The position numbers and the translations under genes are program-made. A stretch of DNA of 58,379 nt from Phoronis australis (lineage: Eukaryota; Animalia; Phoronida). Under the pieces are notes generated by a model. It did no database searches, had not been told where the DNA came from, and was given only the letters and a program-made list of their open reading frames with translations. Below are positions 25,701 through 40,700 of the stretch, in pieces; position 1 is the first letter of the stretch, and every line of letters begins with the position of its first letter. The stretch lies in contig NMRA01000658.1 in assembly GCA_002633005.1 (NCBI GenBank), forward strand, positions 148,251 to 206,629, in the 5' to 3' direction.

Positions 25701-28700
25701 GTCACTTTCATTTTACACAACTTCAGTTTTCAAAAACGTCTTTTCACAATATGAAAAACCAAATCCCAGCTTTGTTTTATACCTCGGAAAGAAAGTCAAC
25801 ACTAGTGACATGCGTGTCGTTTTGTGACTGACCAGTACTTGGAAGGTATTGAGGAGCAAATTCGCCATTACCCGAGTTAGTTTGAATCGTTAACAACTTT
25901 GATGACAGGCCTTTGCAGGCCAGATCTAACAAAATCCCGGATACTTTTTCAACGGGCATTTTCTCCCTTTCCAAATCGCAAATTTAGATACTCGAATGCA
26001 CAAGTCATTTAGAGAGCACTGATTCAACTTTCACATCGGCAACTTGCCTTGCGCTCTAGGGTCTTTCAATGGCGGTCGTGAAGAACAGTAAGGCCATACC
26101 TGCATGAATGAAGTTAATTTTGAGATCCGAAATTTGTGAGTATTTAACGCTGCAGGTAAGAGCATAATCTTGACATTTTCTCGATGATCTAAAAAATCTA
26201 TTTTGGCGCGTAAAAATGGCGGGAAAATTTTGCGACCTGGCATTTACAAATGCGAGCTGGATTTTGAAAATGCGAGCTGGATTTTGAAAATGCGACCTGG
26301 GATTTTGGCTAGGTCGCAAAATGCGACCTGGCCATTTTAATAGCGTCGAGCCTTGACATGGAATGTTTTGATTCGCGAAATATATGCAAACTTGTGTTCC
26401 AAGGGCCGGGTAACTACCGGCTTGTCGATGGCTAGCTACCCTGCGATTGGTTACTTAGCGACCTTTGATTGGGGTTGTTCATTGACAGTGAAATGGAAGG
26501 TTGGGCATCAGATTGTCGCACAGTAATCCGCGATACTTGTTGTGCCCGACATGGACATGGTTACAGCAACTTAGCTGTGTTGGCTAAGCCAAATACTACT
26601 GACTTCGCCGAACATGCAGTTTTTGCTCCTAACCACCAGGGGTCTGTTTCATCAGTTCCTTGAGACGTAAATTTGGTCTTGCACTCCGACATCACAATTG
26701 CCAAATAATTTTGAGCGCATCATGGTCCAGTTAAATAATTTAATATAGAAATTAACTAATTAACTATCATCTAGGTGTATGTTCTCAGTTTCAAACGTGG
26801 TGCCTCTTGCTTCAATGTCAGGCGTCCTTAAACCAGTCAACCAAAGAGCAATTGCCCATAGGCGAGTGATTAAGATAGGGCTTTATATTACTACACTCAC
26901 TGCAGATTCATGACACTTCCCTATTCAATGATTAGGCCGTGTCACGCCGCCTGCAACTCAACATTAGATCGGTCCCCTCTACATCTGCTTCCTCAGCCAT
27001 TATGACATTATCAAACTCAGGAGGCTGTGTGGTCCCTTTATGTCATTGTGAGTACATACTGAGGTTGGTACCAGTGTAATGAAAAATCACCTTGTCCAAG
27101 TTTCGAACCCGGTACCTGTTGCTTCAATGTCAGGCGTCCTAACCAGTCGACCAAAGAGCAATTGCCCGTAGGCGAGTGATTAAGAGAGGCCTTTATATTG
27201 CTATACTAATTGCAGATTCACCACAAGACCAAATTACTCAGACCTGATAAAATTATTTTGTCAAATTCTGTTTTAATTTTGTGCAATAAGTCCCAATTAT
27301 TCTATGCTCTAATACATAATGACTTCTGTAAATTTCGAGTTTTACTCGAGTTTGTAGCTCGAATTTAGGCGTCATCAAGTTCGAACTTAGACTAGAAACT
27401 CGTACATAATATACTAGGAGGCATTTATCTTGACTTCACAAAAAAATTAGAGCAGAAAATGTTTAGATTCTATTTGAGGTGGTGTGGCTGCATTATGGGG
27501 GAGTCCTATTTTGTATGAGATCTTAAGCTGTAGCTTTGAGATAAATCTAATTCTGTCTAGCTTCACTTCTTTGAACTGTCACAAGGTCTAATGATAATGA
27601 CATTCATTTGACTTTGTTAATAATGAGGATTCTCTATTTTGTTCCAGTCACCAACAATGAACATGGCCAATTCACAACAAGACAGCAGGGAGGTAGATTT
27701 AGCAAATGTTCCAGTAAGTATTGTTTATAGAATTAATTAACTTTCATTAGTGTCCTGTTCACGTGCTGCAGTTGCCCTTTCCTGTGCTGCCTTTGGTCTC
27801 TGAGACACTGGAATTTAGGTCTGTTAAAATAATGCATTTTGAACACGTTGATGTAACGTGGTCAACTCTATACTGATGTTACTATAAGGCAGAACACATT
27901 ATGCTTCCTACAGCACACATCACGAATTTTTGTCCGACCGGTCGGAAATTGGTCGATGACCGGCTAAAAATTAGCCGACCGGCAGCCGCTCGCAGTGCCG
28001 ACTCATAAGGCGACTCCCCAGCCGACCCTTCAGCCGACCGGCCATTAGCTATTTTTAGGCTAGAGTAGCAGTTGCATAATAGGTTGTCAGGCCGATACCA
28101 CTTTGCGTGTGGATGCATATTTATCTTAGCACAGGGTAAAATAAATTAACCTAGTTTTACTGTCTCGGTTACATTGAGTTCCCATCGGTTTTGTAACACC
28201 ACTAATTGGAAGGTTGAAGGCAAGCGGTAATAGTAAAGATTGGATTATGGACAATGCAATAAGTTTTGGATAAAAACACGTGAAAGTTTTCTTTACATTT
28301 GATCTTTAATTTGACTTGTGAGGTTAACAAGTTGCATTAGATTGGCTGCTTCCCGGTCAATACAACACTAGTCATTTTGTAAACGCAGCTATTTTTGACA
28401 GTCTTCGCCCACAATTGATTTTGTTTGTGTAATGCCAAACTGCATCTTTTTGCATTTTTTAAGTTATTCACGGGTCTCCTATCACGCACCCATGATAATG
28501 GGATAGTGAGTGAGTTGTTACACCGCGAAGAGCTCTCACTCCGAGCTCTCACTTTTAATTTCATATTGACCCTTGCAGTACAGATGCGAAATTCACGGTC
28601 TAGTATGCCCTTAACCTACGGACTTCGATGGCTCTAACTTCGAAATCATACTATGGTTACGATTTCCACAAACTTAGACTCTGACATCAAACACGGAATG

Positions 28701-31700
28701 ACCACAGTTGAAGCAACAGCCAATTGTAGCTTTGCGCATTCCGTTTTCATGTATCGGTGACGTTACAATCTGGGCTAATTACATGTACACATAGGCCCCT
28801 ATCAGTTGGTCGTTCACGTTGTTCCAAAAATAAATATTTTTTGTAAAATAAAACAATTGTGAACGCGAAGATGTGAATAGGTGGTGAAGAGGTATTTGTC
28901 TCTACGCGGCATATGTGCGCGAATCTTTGGTAAAGCAATTGCGATGTCGAAAAAATGATAGAAAATACATCAAGGTGCACTTTTAATAAGCAAAGCGTCT
29001 GGTGATATTTTTAGCGTATGATCCGGCCACCTCAGGTAGTAAGTGACGCTGAATGACAAGTGGCAACTACATACTTGGCGCGAAAATAAAAAAATCATGC
29101 TTGTATCGCCAAATAATTCTTCTATTTGCAGCTGTAAGAAGAAATACAATTTTTTGAAACGGTGCTCAATCTTAAAAAAAATTCCAACATGAGAGCACTT
29201 TATCAGGAATGCCAAGCACACGCAGCATTGTAAGAAAGAGACGTTGGCTTTTCCGTATGTCCACAAAAGTGCTTTGAGCATCGTGTACAAATTTGTTCAT
29301 TTCGCCTTTCTACACTGACGAATATGGTCAACACGGTGTTTTAAAAAAGTCCACTTTTGAGGGCATTTTCAAAAATAAATGTTTGGTTAATGAATTCAGC
29401 GAGTGGGTGCCCACGGGCAGAAAAAGTATCTGCGTAAAGAAAGAGTTGCGTTTTCAGAACTTTCAGAGCATGAGCTGAAGGACTACCTGAGAAAGAAAAT
29501 AAAACCGAATACCAAACAGAAACTTGTCCAATAAATATATAGCTCTTAAAAACTGTTACCCCGAAGAAATGTGCAAAATACGAACGTCATTTACGGAAGG
29601 TCGTACCAGAAGTGATTTGCTGCAGTGGAGCCGCCACGGGATATTAAAATCTCTGTGCTGTGCACTAGTTAGCTGAATGGAAAGTTGAAGCAGAAAAATC
29701 CAGAACACACATTTTCTATTCAGGAACTGAAATCTCTGTAGAAACAAAAACAATTGGCAACCAGGATTTATTGCGTCAGAAAACTTATCACGCCATGAGA
29801 GAATTGTTTTCATGCTCGGAGACTATGTGATCACCCATTATGCAATGATGACAATTCAGTGTGTACCTATACATTGGCATCTATTGTAAAACGTGGATTA
29901 GACTTTGAAGGATCAATGCTTGGGGATGGTGACGTGGTGTCCTGGCGGGGAAAGTTACTGACATGGTAAGTTTTTGAACCTGACTTATTAAATTTTCAGT
30001 TCGGTCGTATTTTATTTTGATCCTGAAGTGAAGAATTTTTGGTCCTCACGTGATAAATTATAGGTGCTGATGTGATAAATTTTCATTCTTGACGTGGTGA
30101 ATTGTGGTCTTGATTTGTTTTTTGGTCTTCTGTGTGAAAACAATCTCAATGTATTGGATTGTTTTAATTCTTGCTTAAGTAAAAGTTCTGTTTTGAGATA
30201 TTTATTTTTGGTCCAGGAAAGTTAACATGTATTGCTTGGTTTTAATCTTGCATAGAAAATATATGTCGTTAAATGTTTCCACTTAGGCCTTCCATAAATT
30301 TGGGAGAGCAGGTTGTGTAGCATCGTACTATGTAACTTCTTATTTAAATCTAGGTGATTTAGTAATACTATAAAAAATGAGTAGTTATGACCATGAAAAA
30401 CGAGTAGTTGTGGCTTCTTTTGAAATATTGTATCCTTTGTATATGCCTTGTGTAGATGGCTCAGTGTGATATTATGTAAGCCTTACAACTATGTATCTTC
30501 ATTGATGCCTGTAATAGAGGTACTCCCAGGATCATCAAGCATGTGTATGTTTTTATTCTAATGAGGCGTGCTTCGAATGTACAATTAGTAATCATACTTT
30601 TGCAGTGGTTCATAACAAACGGATTCATTAAACCCAGTAAATATTTTTGCAACTGCCAATATTAGGCTTGCATATTGCATCATACCTCATCAGAGTAAAA
30701 CTTGTTATCAATCATAGTAAAAACAATTATTTTTATCATTGCCACAAGACGTTAACAAACGCAGTCGGTGTCTGTAACTGTTGTGTCTACATTGCTGATG
30801 AATAAACATCGGTCTAAATACATTTTTATATCACTGATTCATGCCAAAGGTTTGAAATTGCGTTCCCTTAAGAGTTTTGACTTGCCCTGGTGATCACTAG
30901 AATTGATGCAATAAACTTATAGAAGTTGTTTTTTAACCTGTGTAATAGAACTGGAAATTGTGTGCGTTTTCGTTTGCAAGAGTGTTCTTTTTGAATCACC
31001 GGGTTAATCATTTTTACGCTCTACATGAAAACACAGACTACTTTCTTTAGGACTACATGTACCAAGTTACCCCGAAAATATTATTTTCAAAGTTTTACCC
31101 CTTGGAGTATATGCGAAATGCCAAGTATTGTGTTCTTACGCCGAAGGGCTCGGAAGGCTCTAGCCTTGGTGCGAAGCTGTTTACTAAATTAAATATACAA
31201 ATCTGCGCCGTTGTGGGTAAAAACTGACTGAATAAAATCTTCCTAGAGTAGTCTAAATTATTTACCAGCGTTGCAAAAATTGGTTTTCTACAATTATTCT
31301 GCTGCTAAAGTTATGGTGTGATCTTTTACGTCGACTTTCGACGCAATGAAATATTGCGTCACCTATTAGCCAGTTTCTTTTTCCCAGATTCTTCAATCAA
31401 ACGTTCTCCCTCGAGATTGCGTAAACGTCTCAACAAATGATCAGAATTGGTTTCACTTCATTACATTTTTTGGGAATTTTGATATCAGTAAACCGAATTT
31501 GAGAACAAATTTTGCTGAGATGTTTTCATCATCAAATGGGAGATGTTGAAAACATTTTGGAAGTGGCGTGTGTCACGAATGAACTCTTTTCAAAACGACG
31601 ACATACGTTCTTTCGTTACAAAAGGCAGAGAATTACGCAAGAAGATGACTTCAGATGTTTTTCGCTTAAACGGCCGTAACGGGCAAGTTGAATGTCAATT

Positions 31701-34700
31701 GACTTCCAGATTTTGCATGCACACCCGCCGGTCTTTAGCTCATGTTAATACAAGCTTCACGACGAGGTAACGATCGCAACTATCCGGGCTGTGTGAAATT
31801 TCGAGGTCTGCTTGAGCTCAATAGTGGCACCTTGCTTTATTTTGAAAATAGTCTTCATACAGCTAGCTAGCTGGCTAGATTGGAAGGCCCTAGCTTCGAA
31901 ACAATTTTTACTGCGAAAGTGACAACAACTTCAGAATGATGATGGATGGCACTATAAACCGATCACAGTCTTCCGTTTTCATGCGCCCGTGATCTTAATA
32001 TCGGCGCTATGTTCAAACCATTGTTTATGTTGTTCCTAAAATAAACTTGGGTTCTATTGCTGTACCAACATATTAAGAAATTATACAGACATAAAAAATA
32101 GTTATCTGTGGTAAAGCGCAATATACAGCGTGGTGAAGTGATGATCAAGAGCAATAACGGATGAGTGCAAATGCGTGCTGCTTGTTGAGCATTCCGCGTT
32201 ATGAAAACACTTGAGGTCGTAAAACATCCAGCGTTGTATTATGATTTTTATGCAATTTTACTGTAAAATTTCAAATTTCGTGCTTGTTTTTATGAATAAT
32301 GTACTGTATAAAAAGTCTCATATCTAAAGTTAGAAATTATGCTTCCGCGATATCACTTAACGTTTGATTTTACCACGCCGTCATCAATTCAACATAAAGT
32401 TTTAGGCTGGTGTAATGTCACGCACTTCGTATTTGTAGGTTGATTCGATTTTACCTCCTTTCAATAGTTGAACTTAAGTTGATAAACCGATGTCAAGACC
32501 AGAGTTGCTACTGGTGAATGAACAGCGAACAGTTAAATGTGTGTTTGGCCAAAGTTCACCCGCTAAGTCATAAAATGATAATTGCCGACCAAGGACACGC
32601 TTAATCCAAATTGGTCGTCTACACTAGGCGACCACTTACTCGACCCAAGTGCCGACCACAGAGGTGACTCAGCAGACGGCTCATAGCCAACCGTTGTTGG
32701 TCGGCTGCCGGTCGTCGACCAATTTCCGACCGGTCGGACAAAAATTTGTGATGTGTACTGTAGGTGCCACAAATTTAACAGCAATGTTTACTTACTTGAG
32801 GGTGTAATAAGTTGAATGGCACTGTCTCCCACTGAGCTCTTTATGCCTTTATTCAGCATGTATTAGCCGTCAGGTAAACTGAAGGTTTATGAGAAATGTT
32901 TTTGTTGATTTTTTTGACTTTGATAATCATCCAAATGAATATTATCTAATAACCTTCTTTAATTTTTTGGTCCTTGTCATCATTGGTTACTGTATGACTC
33001 TTACATAACTGCATAATTTAAATGGTGTGCTGTAGTGTAATGTCGTTTACGTAATTAACCATTTCAGGCAAAAGTCTTAAAAGTGCATGTAGATGGACTA
33101 AAAAGAACTAAAAATGACTTTGTCGTACGTGAAGTGAAGGATATTTTGAAGTCTGACAACTTTGAAGATGTAAGTAACATTTCAGTTGATGGCTTAGTGG
33201 GAATGCTTTCTAAGAAATGAAATCTTGGGTAAACATTGCTTTGTAGCCCATTATTTGCATTAGAGTTGTCCATTAGTTGTCTAGAATCTTGAAGTCATGA
33301 ATGATTGTGTGGACTTTCAAATGATTTCTGTCCAGAATTAGCACAAATACTAGGTTGTTGTACTGGGTTTTCATTTTAGAATAGCAAATTAGTGCTAGAT
33401 TTCAAATTCATAGTTTCTATCAGAAAAGTGTTGAAGATTAAAAAGACAATGATCCTGAACGAATCTGATAATTTAGATGAAATATAGGATGTTTTGTGTG
33501 CTCAGTTTTCGTCTTGTTTGAAGTTGGGTAGTATTATGATTGACTTTTCTGATTGGCTGATTTCAGATGATAAAGAGATCCTATGAAGCCAAAACAAGAC
33601 TAGACCAGCTGGGTGTATTTAAGAATATTGGGATTTATGTGGACACATGTAAAGGTTTGTAGGTTATATTGTCAACAGTTCAGGTGTTATTCAAAAACAC
33701 GGGTTCTGTGTCAGGATTGTGCTTTGTACTTCTAACATTTATTTGCTTGAGGAGACCATGATTTTCCATTTTCAAAGCAGCAAAATACATTTTCGGAAAC
33801 ATAAAATTTGTTTTTTGTAATATTTACAAAGTTCTGTTACTATTTCAGTCATAAAAATTGTAATATGATCTGAAGTTAGTTACTTTTCTGCTGAATTATG
33901 ATGCAGCTCTGTTTTATCGATGATATGCTGCACACCATGTTTATCATTTCTTAAAACCAGAAAAAGAAGAGTGCCACCTTCAGACAGTATGAACAACCAA
34001 TTGAACATGCCTGCAAGACGATCGTCAATTGAACTGTAGACAGATTTGTCAAATTTGATCAATATTTGTAGTTTTCAGTAATTAAAAAAAAAACAGAATT
34101 ATTGGCTTACTGAAATGCGTAAAATCTAATGCTTTTCAAAGTCTTTTAATTCTGTGAAAGAATTTAAGATTCATCTGTGAATTCCATCCATTTCCTGTTA
34201 TTGCGGAAACCATGGTCTTTATAAACTCAATGAGAAAAATGACCCTTAACATCGAAATCTACATTTTGTTAGTTTAACTGTCTGCTGAAACTGCATCTGT
34301 CTGTGTCGGAGTTACAGTTTGTTTTAAAACAATATGCAGCCTGTCAGACTCTGTCAAACTAGCAGCAAACTTCTTGTCAGAATTATTTTTTAGTTTATTG
34401 AACTTTTGTCTCAATAAAACAGCATTTTTGTCAAACTTTGGTGAAAATTTAATGTGTGTCCTTGCGCATGGCATAGATTCTAATTGTTTGTTTATGAACA
34501 ATGGACTTGCACCGTAAGTTGCCGTGATCTCGACAAAGTACACCTGACAATACCTGTCGAAATTTTGTCGAGATTTAGGCGGGATTGAAATGGGTTCCAG
34601 TCGTAAAGCATTCGATAATTAGGTGCTGTTTTGTATGCCAAAGGTTTGTTGAAATTTGACATCCAAATTATTTGAAAACTATTTACAAGGTATGTGAGTA

Positions 34701-37700
34701 TCTGTATCTCACGACTACGTTGTTATTCCTAGATAGGAACGAGTGAAAATTTTCCTAGTCCATCTTGTGTCAGATCTTGAGTGTTGAGACTGTGCACTGA
34801 GATTGAACGCTGAGACTGAGTGCTGAGACTGAGCGCTGAGACTGAGTAGCTTCAGATGGCTGTTTACTGGGTCTTTCCACATTAATAGTTAACAACTTTA
34901 AGATTTCTTTATTTTGATTTAATTTTATTCTCCATTAGATTTTTAGTGAAAATAGGTTCCCTTTTTGCAGTATTTTTAGTCAGTGCATTTTGTATTGTGA
35001 GATCATGTCAGAGTGAATATTCATTAGACATCTGGTTTTTAGAATTAATAAATTGTATTTATTGACACTGAAGGTAAAAGTCAAGCATCAGGTCATAGCT
35101 TGCTTACTGACTGAAATGTTTGAAGACATTAACATTGTGAATTAATTTCTGACTTGTAAACAATTTAAAATGTTTGATTTCAGACTCACGAGGCGGCTCC
35201 ACAGGTTATGAGGTCACTTTGGAGGTTGAGGAGACTCGTCGGGTCACAGGAGGGGTCAATACACTAGTGGGCACTAATGAAGGAAGTTTAGTGAGTTGGG
35301 CGCAGGGAAAGGATATCTTCAGTCTAAAATTCAAAGCATAGTCTTGTGTCTAGCCTCTGTTAGCATTAAAATTTTGTGAATTACTCAAAACAAGGCCATT
35401 TGGTCAGATTTTTACCACACTGCACTACAATGTGATTTATGTGCATATTTCAGCATTTCAAATTGTTATTTCTCTTATTTTCTGTGATATTTCTGAAACA
35501 AATATTTATTCAACTGCCACTCAGTGATTTCAATTACATGCTGTTCCTTTTTGGATCTTTTATGAGATACGAATGTAGAAGCACAACTGTACTGTTAACC
35601 AAAGTGATGTGTTCTGTTGGAGTGACATTGTGAGCAGTTGCCATGGTGATCACAACCCGTTGTTTATCATCGGTGACATTGTGAGCAGTTGGCATGGTGA
35701 TCACAACCCGTTGTTTATCATCTGTATTATGACTCTCAAGTTACACCAAGTAAGGTTTCACATGCTTTTTATGTTCGGCTGATTTAAATACTCTGGTTGA
35801 CCTCATCCATGATTGACCAATAAGGAATCAGGTGTCAGTGTTCTTCACCAGATAATGATGCTAATAGGGGCTGGAAGTGTTCTTCACCAGATAGTGATGT
35901 TAATAGGGGCTGGAAGTGTTCTTCACCAGATAATGATGCTAATAGGGGCTGGAAGTGTTCTTCACCAGATAGTGATGCTAATAGGGGCTGGAAGTGAACC
36001 TAATATAATCAGTAAGTGTTCTCCGTAATAAAAATTCACATTCTACGACAATTTATGAATCTTCACTGATTTCACAAGTCCAAGTTGACTCTGCTGGCAG
36101 TTGGAGTTAGGCTAAAAAGGCATACTATGTCAATTTCAACTGGGACTAAATACCACTAAAAATTAATAAATACCTAATCTCCCGCATATTCAAACTTATT
36201 ACATTTTTATTGTTAAAATGTGTCACACGGAAGTCATGGTAAAATCAAACCTGCTTACTACGGATAACATAATATGGATTAACACACACATCTTGGGATT
36301 CACTATTTTTACTGATATCAGGTTTGCAAATAATACCGCTAGTAAGCTACACGTCTGAAACCATCCCAGAAATTCAAATAATGTCCGTGTAATTTCTCCA
36401 AATTTCCAAATAATTACCTCCCCTGTTGGTACTCTATTTTAATTGGTCGCTGTCTTGTTGTTGCAGATGTTAGGTATGAAGTGTCCTAATGTGTTTGGCC
36501 GCGCAGAGAGACTGAGTCTAGAGTACACCTACGGCAGCAAGAACAGTGGAGGCACGGGAATATCCTTTGTCAAGCCAATTAGAGGCGACCCTAACACCCT
36601 GTGAGTGACATAATTCTGTTATTGAATCGTAGACTATAGTGCATGGACTGCCAACTCTGTACATTCACGCTGTGCAAAATCTGTAATCTTGCGCGCAAGC
36701 TGCGACCACCACTGTTGACTGTGACGTCAGTATTCATGAGTAGCGCCTGCTGTGAGTCACGGTTTTGCTTCCGACAAAAAAATTTGTCTGCTCACTAACT
36801 GGAAAGAGGCACTTGCTCTGAAAATTCCATAAGAAAATATCGGAGTTGTGAATCTGTTGTCTATGAACTGCGATGGAGTATTCACAGCAATGTCTGTCTT
36901 GTATTTTGCATATTAATCTTCTCATTAATTTTCCAAAATTATTCCATCAGTGAAATAATATGTCTTACCCTTCTCTAATTCTTAATTCACATTTGAGGCA
37001 TTTTCACTGATACTAAGTCTAAAGAGTGTTGTATACATCAGCTTCAGATTCACATTTTGTTAAGCATTTTATTTTTGTGCAGAATTGGTGAAAAATTACA
37101 GAAATGTAGTTTGCTGTCTAGTGTATGAAACCCAGCTGAAAGCAGTTGAACCTGGCTGGATTTTGTGGCCGGTTGCATGAAACAGTCCCAAATAGGGACT
37201 CTACTAAGTTCCTTAAATCTTTTGTGTATTTGTGTCTTTCTTTACTTACAGATGTTATTTTTTTACCTTTTTTATCTTTATTATAATCCCTTCTTTAATT
37301 AAATGACAGTTTATAATTAATATAGCTAAAAACTGAGCTCTTATTCCATCAAAATAATTAATAGGTACTTAGTCCTTAACTTAGGGGTGTTGCATGAGAA
37401 GATCACAACTTATTTTCAATAATATTGAGAATTCAATGTAAAATTCACTCTCGATTTGTATTAAAAACAAAAATTGACTTTAATTAGTACTAAGACTCAA
37501 ATTGACTTAGTACTGTCAGATGATTGACGGTGGGTTTGCTTAAAAGGTAGCTATGCTTTGAGATTGTGTCTAGATGGAGAGTGAATGATCAAATCCAGTA
37601 ATTAATTTATTATATGATAACCCCTAATTAGACTAGTAAAACCTATTGTTAATTAAGTAATCAACTACAAAGAGTAACTACGCTAGCGCCCTCTTGAAAG

Positions 37701-40700
37701 ATTACTTTAATCAATCAACCAAAATAATCAAATGTCTTATCTGCTATCCAAGCTAGGACTCTCCACTTGTTGGATGTCTGTCCTGTTGGTGAATCTTCGA
37801 ACTACACACACTGTATAGCGACAGTGTACTTGTTGGTCACCATCTCTGGTGATGCAACACTTGCAGGCAATTTCTTCTACCCGCGATTCTTCTTGCTGGT
37901 CACAGTCTCTGGCTGGTGACGCAACACTTCAGGTAGTATCTTACTTCCCACAATGCAAGTGACAATCTTTTAGTTAACTTCCTGTTCGTTAACCCTTGCC
38001 CTTGCCAAGTTTTTAGAATCTTCCAGGAGAATGGCTCTGTTGTACAAATTCCTCTGTACACTGTAGCATGTCTTTATGCTTCAACTACTATAGCGCATCT
38101 AAATATCTTGTTGACTTAAGCTCATATTATAATATTCTACTTATTTAGTGATTGGTTAATAAAAACCACATGATCTTATCCAATTATCATTGGCTGTTAC
38201 AGTTTGTTCTCGGAATTTTCTAGAATCGCTAGAGTACTTTGACCCCAGAACCCAAAGTTGTAAACACCTTTTAAAAATAGATTTTGACGGTAAAGTACAT
38301 GTCAACAAGTCTGACCCCATGATTTAAAAGTACATTATGCACAAATTTTGGGTAACTTAAAATGAATCTATTCTTACTAATTACTTAACCAATATTTATT
38401 CTGATAAGTACTAAGACTCAAATTGCATAAGAAAGGACAACTAGTGTTTTCACAAGTCCACAAATACTGCGTAGATTTTGGGAACTTAGTTGAGACCCTA
38501 TTTGGAACTGTTTCATGCAACCAAGCACTGATACCCAATACTTCTGAATGAGTTAGTATTCATTTAGTGCTAATATTCTAAATTCATGTGATGAAAAGTC
38601 ACACTATGTATTATTTGCACTGAAAATGTTGTGTTCAATTTGTCCTCGGGGAAATCTTCCTATTTCTGCTCCTACTTTTTACCATTCACATTTTTAATCG
38701 TTAGGTCCGTGGTAAAAATGTTATCAAACTTTTATTAACAGATTTACAGCCGGGATCTTTGAAAACCATGCAGAATATCCTTGGAGTGGATACAGAGGGA
38801 GTGATCGTGGTATTGGCGCCGATATACAGGTATGAGAAACTTTGGCATTGAAGCAACTGAAGTCAGTTTGATGACTTTGCTTCACAGTTGTCAGAATTGT
38901 TTCATGTATTTTTACAGTGGCGACTTGAGATATTTTGAAATGAAAAGGCTTTTTCAAGATAACTGTACTGGAATCTGTGTCATGAAAAGTTTACTTACTG
39001 ATTCAAAAATTTGATCTTGTGTTTCACACAACTGTTTTTAAGAAATAACTAGATCTCACATGAGCAAAAATGAAGTTTCTGAGAATAAACACATGACTGC
39101 GAGATAATTTTTAAAACTACATCAGGCGGTGCTGCACTCAAAATTACTTACTTTGGTAAACTCTAAGTTGAGCAATTGTGAAGCTGGAACGTAAGACCAA
39201 CTTTTAAGTGACATGATGCAGACCCTTGTTATACAGAATATCTTAGGTCTTGTGCATCATCTACCGTAATAGATAACATCCAATGCTCAAATTATCACAT
39301 TAAAGTGGAGAAAATGTTATGTCTACCAATCATGGAATCTTAGGAGTTAGGGTACAGTGACAGGTATTTCAAGGACATCCTAACTGAGCATTCATTTTAC
39401 AAAAAAACAACGGTATTTTGTTAGTTGCTGTTAGATATCTTGTCCCTTTCTAGTTCATTTGCTATCTATCTCTTTCAGTTCCTCTCAGCCCTCGGCTCTC
39501 ACTCGCTACGATGGGAAGGAGTGTGGCGGGAACTCGCCTGCCTCTCAGGTGCCACTTCCTTTCCAGTACGTGAGAACATGGGCAACTCTCTCAAGTCTGC
39601 TGTCAAACACACACTCGTCCGCGATCAAAGGGACGATCCTATCATACCTAACACGGGAACGCTATTGAGGTTTTCTCAGGTAAAATATTTGTGATTGATG
39701 GATTTTAAAGCAGTTTCAATTTGATTTTAAGTACTATTTTTAATTAGTGCCATTGTTGAAAACTTCCCAACTCATAAAAAAAATTGTGAACAAATTTAAA
39801 AACTTGCTAGATCATTCTTTGGCCCAGGATGAATAACAACAGGTTATGAGGATTTTCTGTAATTTTTTATGTTTAAATTTTTATGTTACCTGGGCAAAGT
39901 TCAGTTTATTCATTTTTCTAGAAAGTTTATCCACTTTCCTAGAAAGTTCGTCCATTTTCCTAGAACATTTTTTTCATTTGCCCAGTAACTTTCTGGTTGT
40001 TTCTAAGCGATAAGTGGCAAGTATCATAGTACTGAATATTGGGGAAAGTGCTGAGTCAGAATGTAAAGTAGGCAATGTTTGTTAACATAGCGGCCAAGAA
40101 ACTGATTGAACTCAAAATGCATTGCATGGAGTAATAGTAGCTTTTCTGCACAAGTTACTTAATTCAGGATAATGGCCAAAAAGAGACATTGAGTGTTAAT
40201 GTGTTTTGGCAGAGTTTTTTTTGAATTTACGGATGAATGTTTTTTGGAAATCAATGTATTACGAGATGAATGTTATTTTGAAATGTATTACGAGATGAAT
40301 GTTATTTTGGAATGTATTACGAGATGAATGTTATTTTGAAATGTATTATGAGATGAATGTTATTTTCAACACCAGTTGATTAAAACAGTATCTCCTGTGT
40401 TTAGCTGCTGAAAAGGAAAAATGATTTAAGCCATTTAAGCTCATAAAATAGGTCTTGTAATATTCCTTACCATCTAACCTGTGACACAAGAAAACACTTC
40501 AGAATTTAATTTAGTTCACTGACGTTGGCCAAACCCTAAAAATGCAAATTTGAAAATTTGGACTCATTTAGCTACAATGCAAGATTGGTAAAGTTTTTAA
40601 ACCCTAAAACGCTTTAGTTAAGAACTCAACATTGACAGTTGCACAGAAGCAAAATGCCTGTTGGAGCGGAAGTGTTGTATCAGTTGTCTCCCTTGTAGGA

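Noticed and set aside
19538-26355. A single giant element with 2.2-kb TIRs, or an assembly foldback artefact
   Set aside because: Each arm has its own short TIRs and a different matched 5-bp TSD, and the arms differ by many substitutions and indels.
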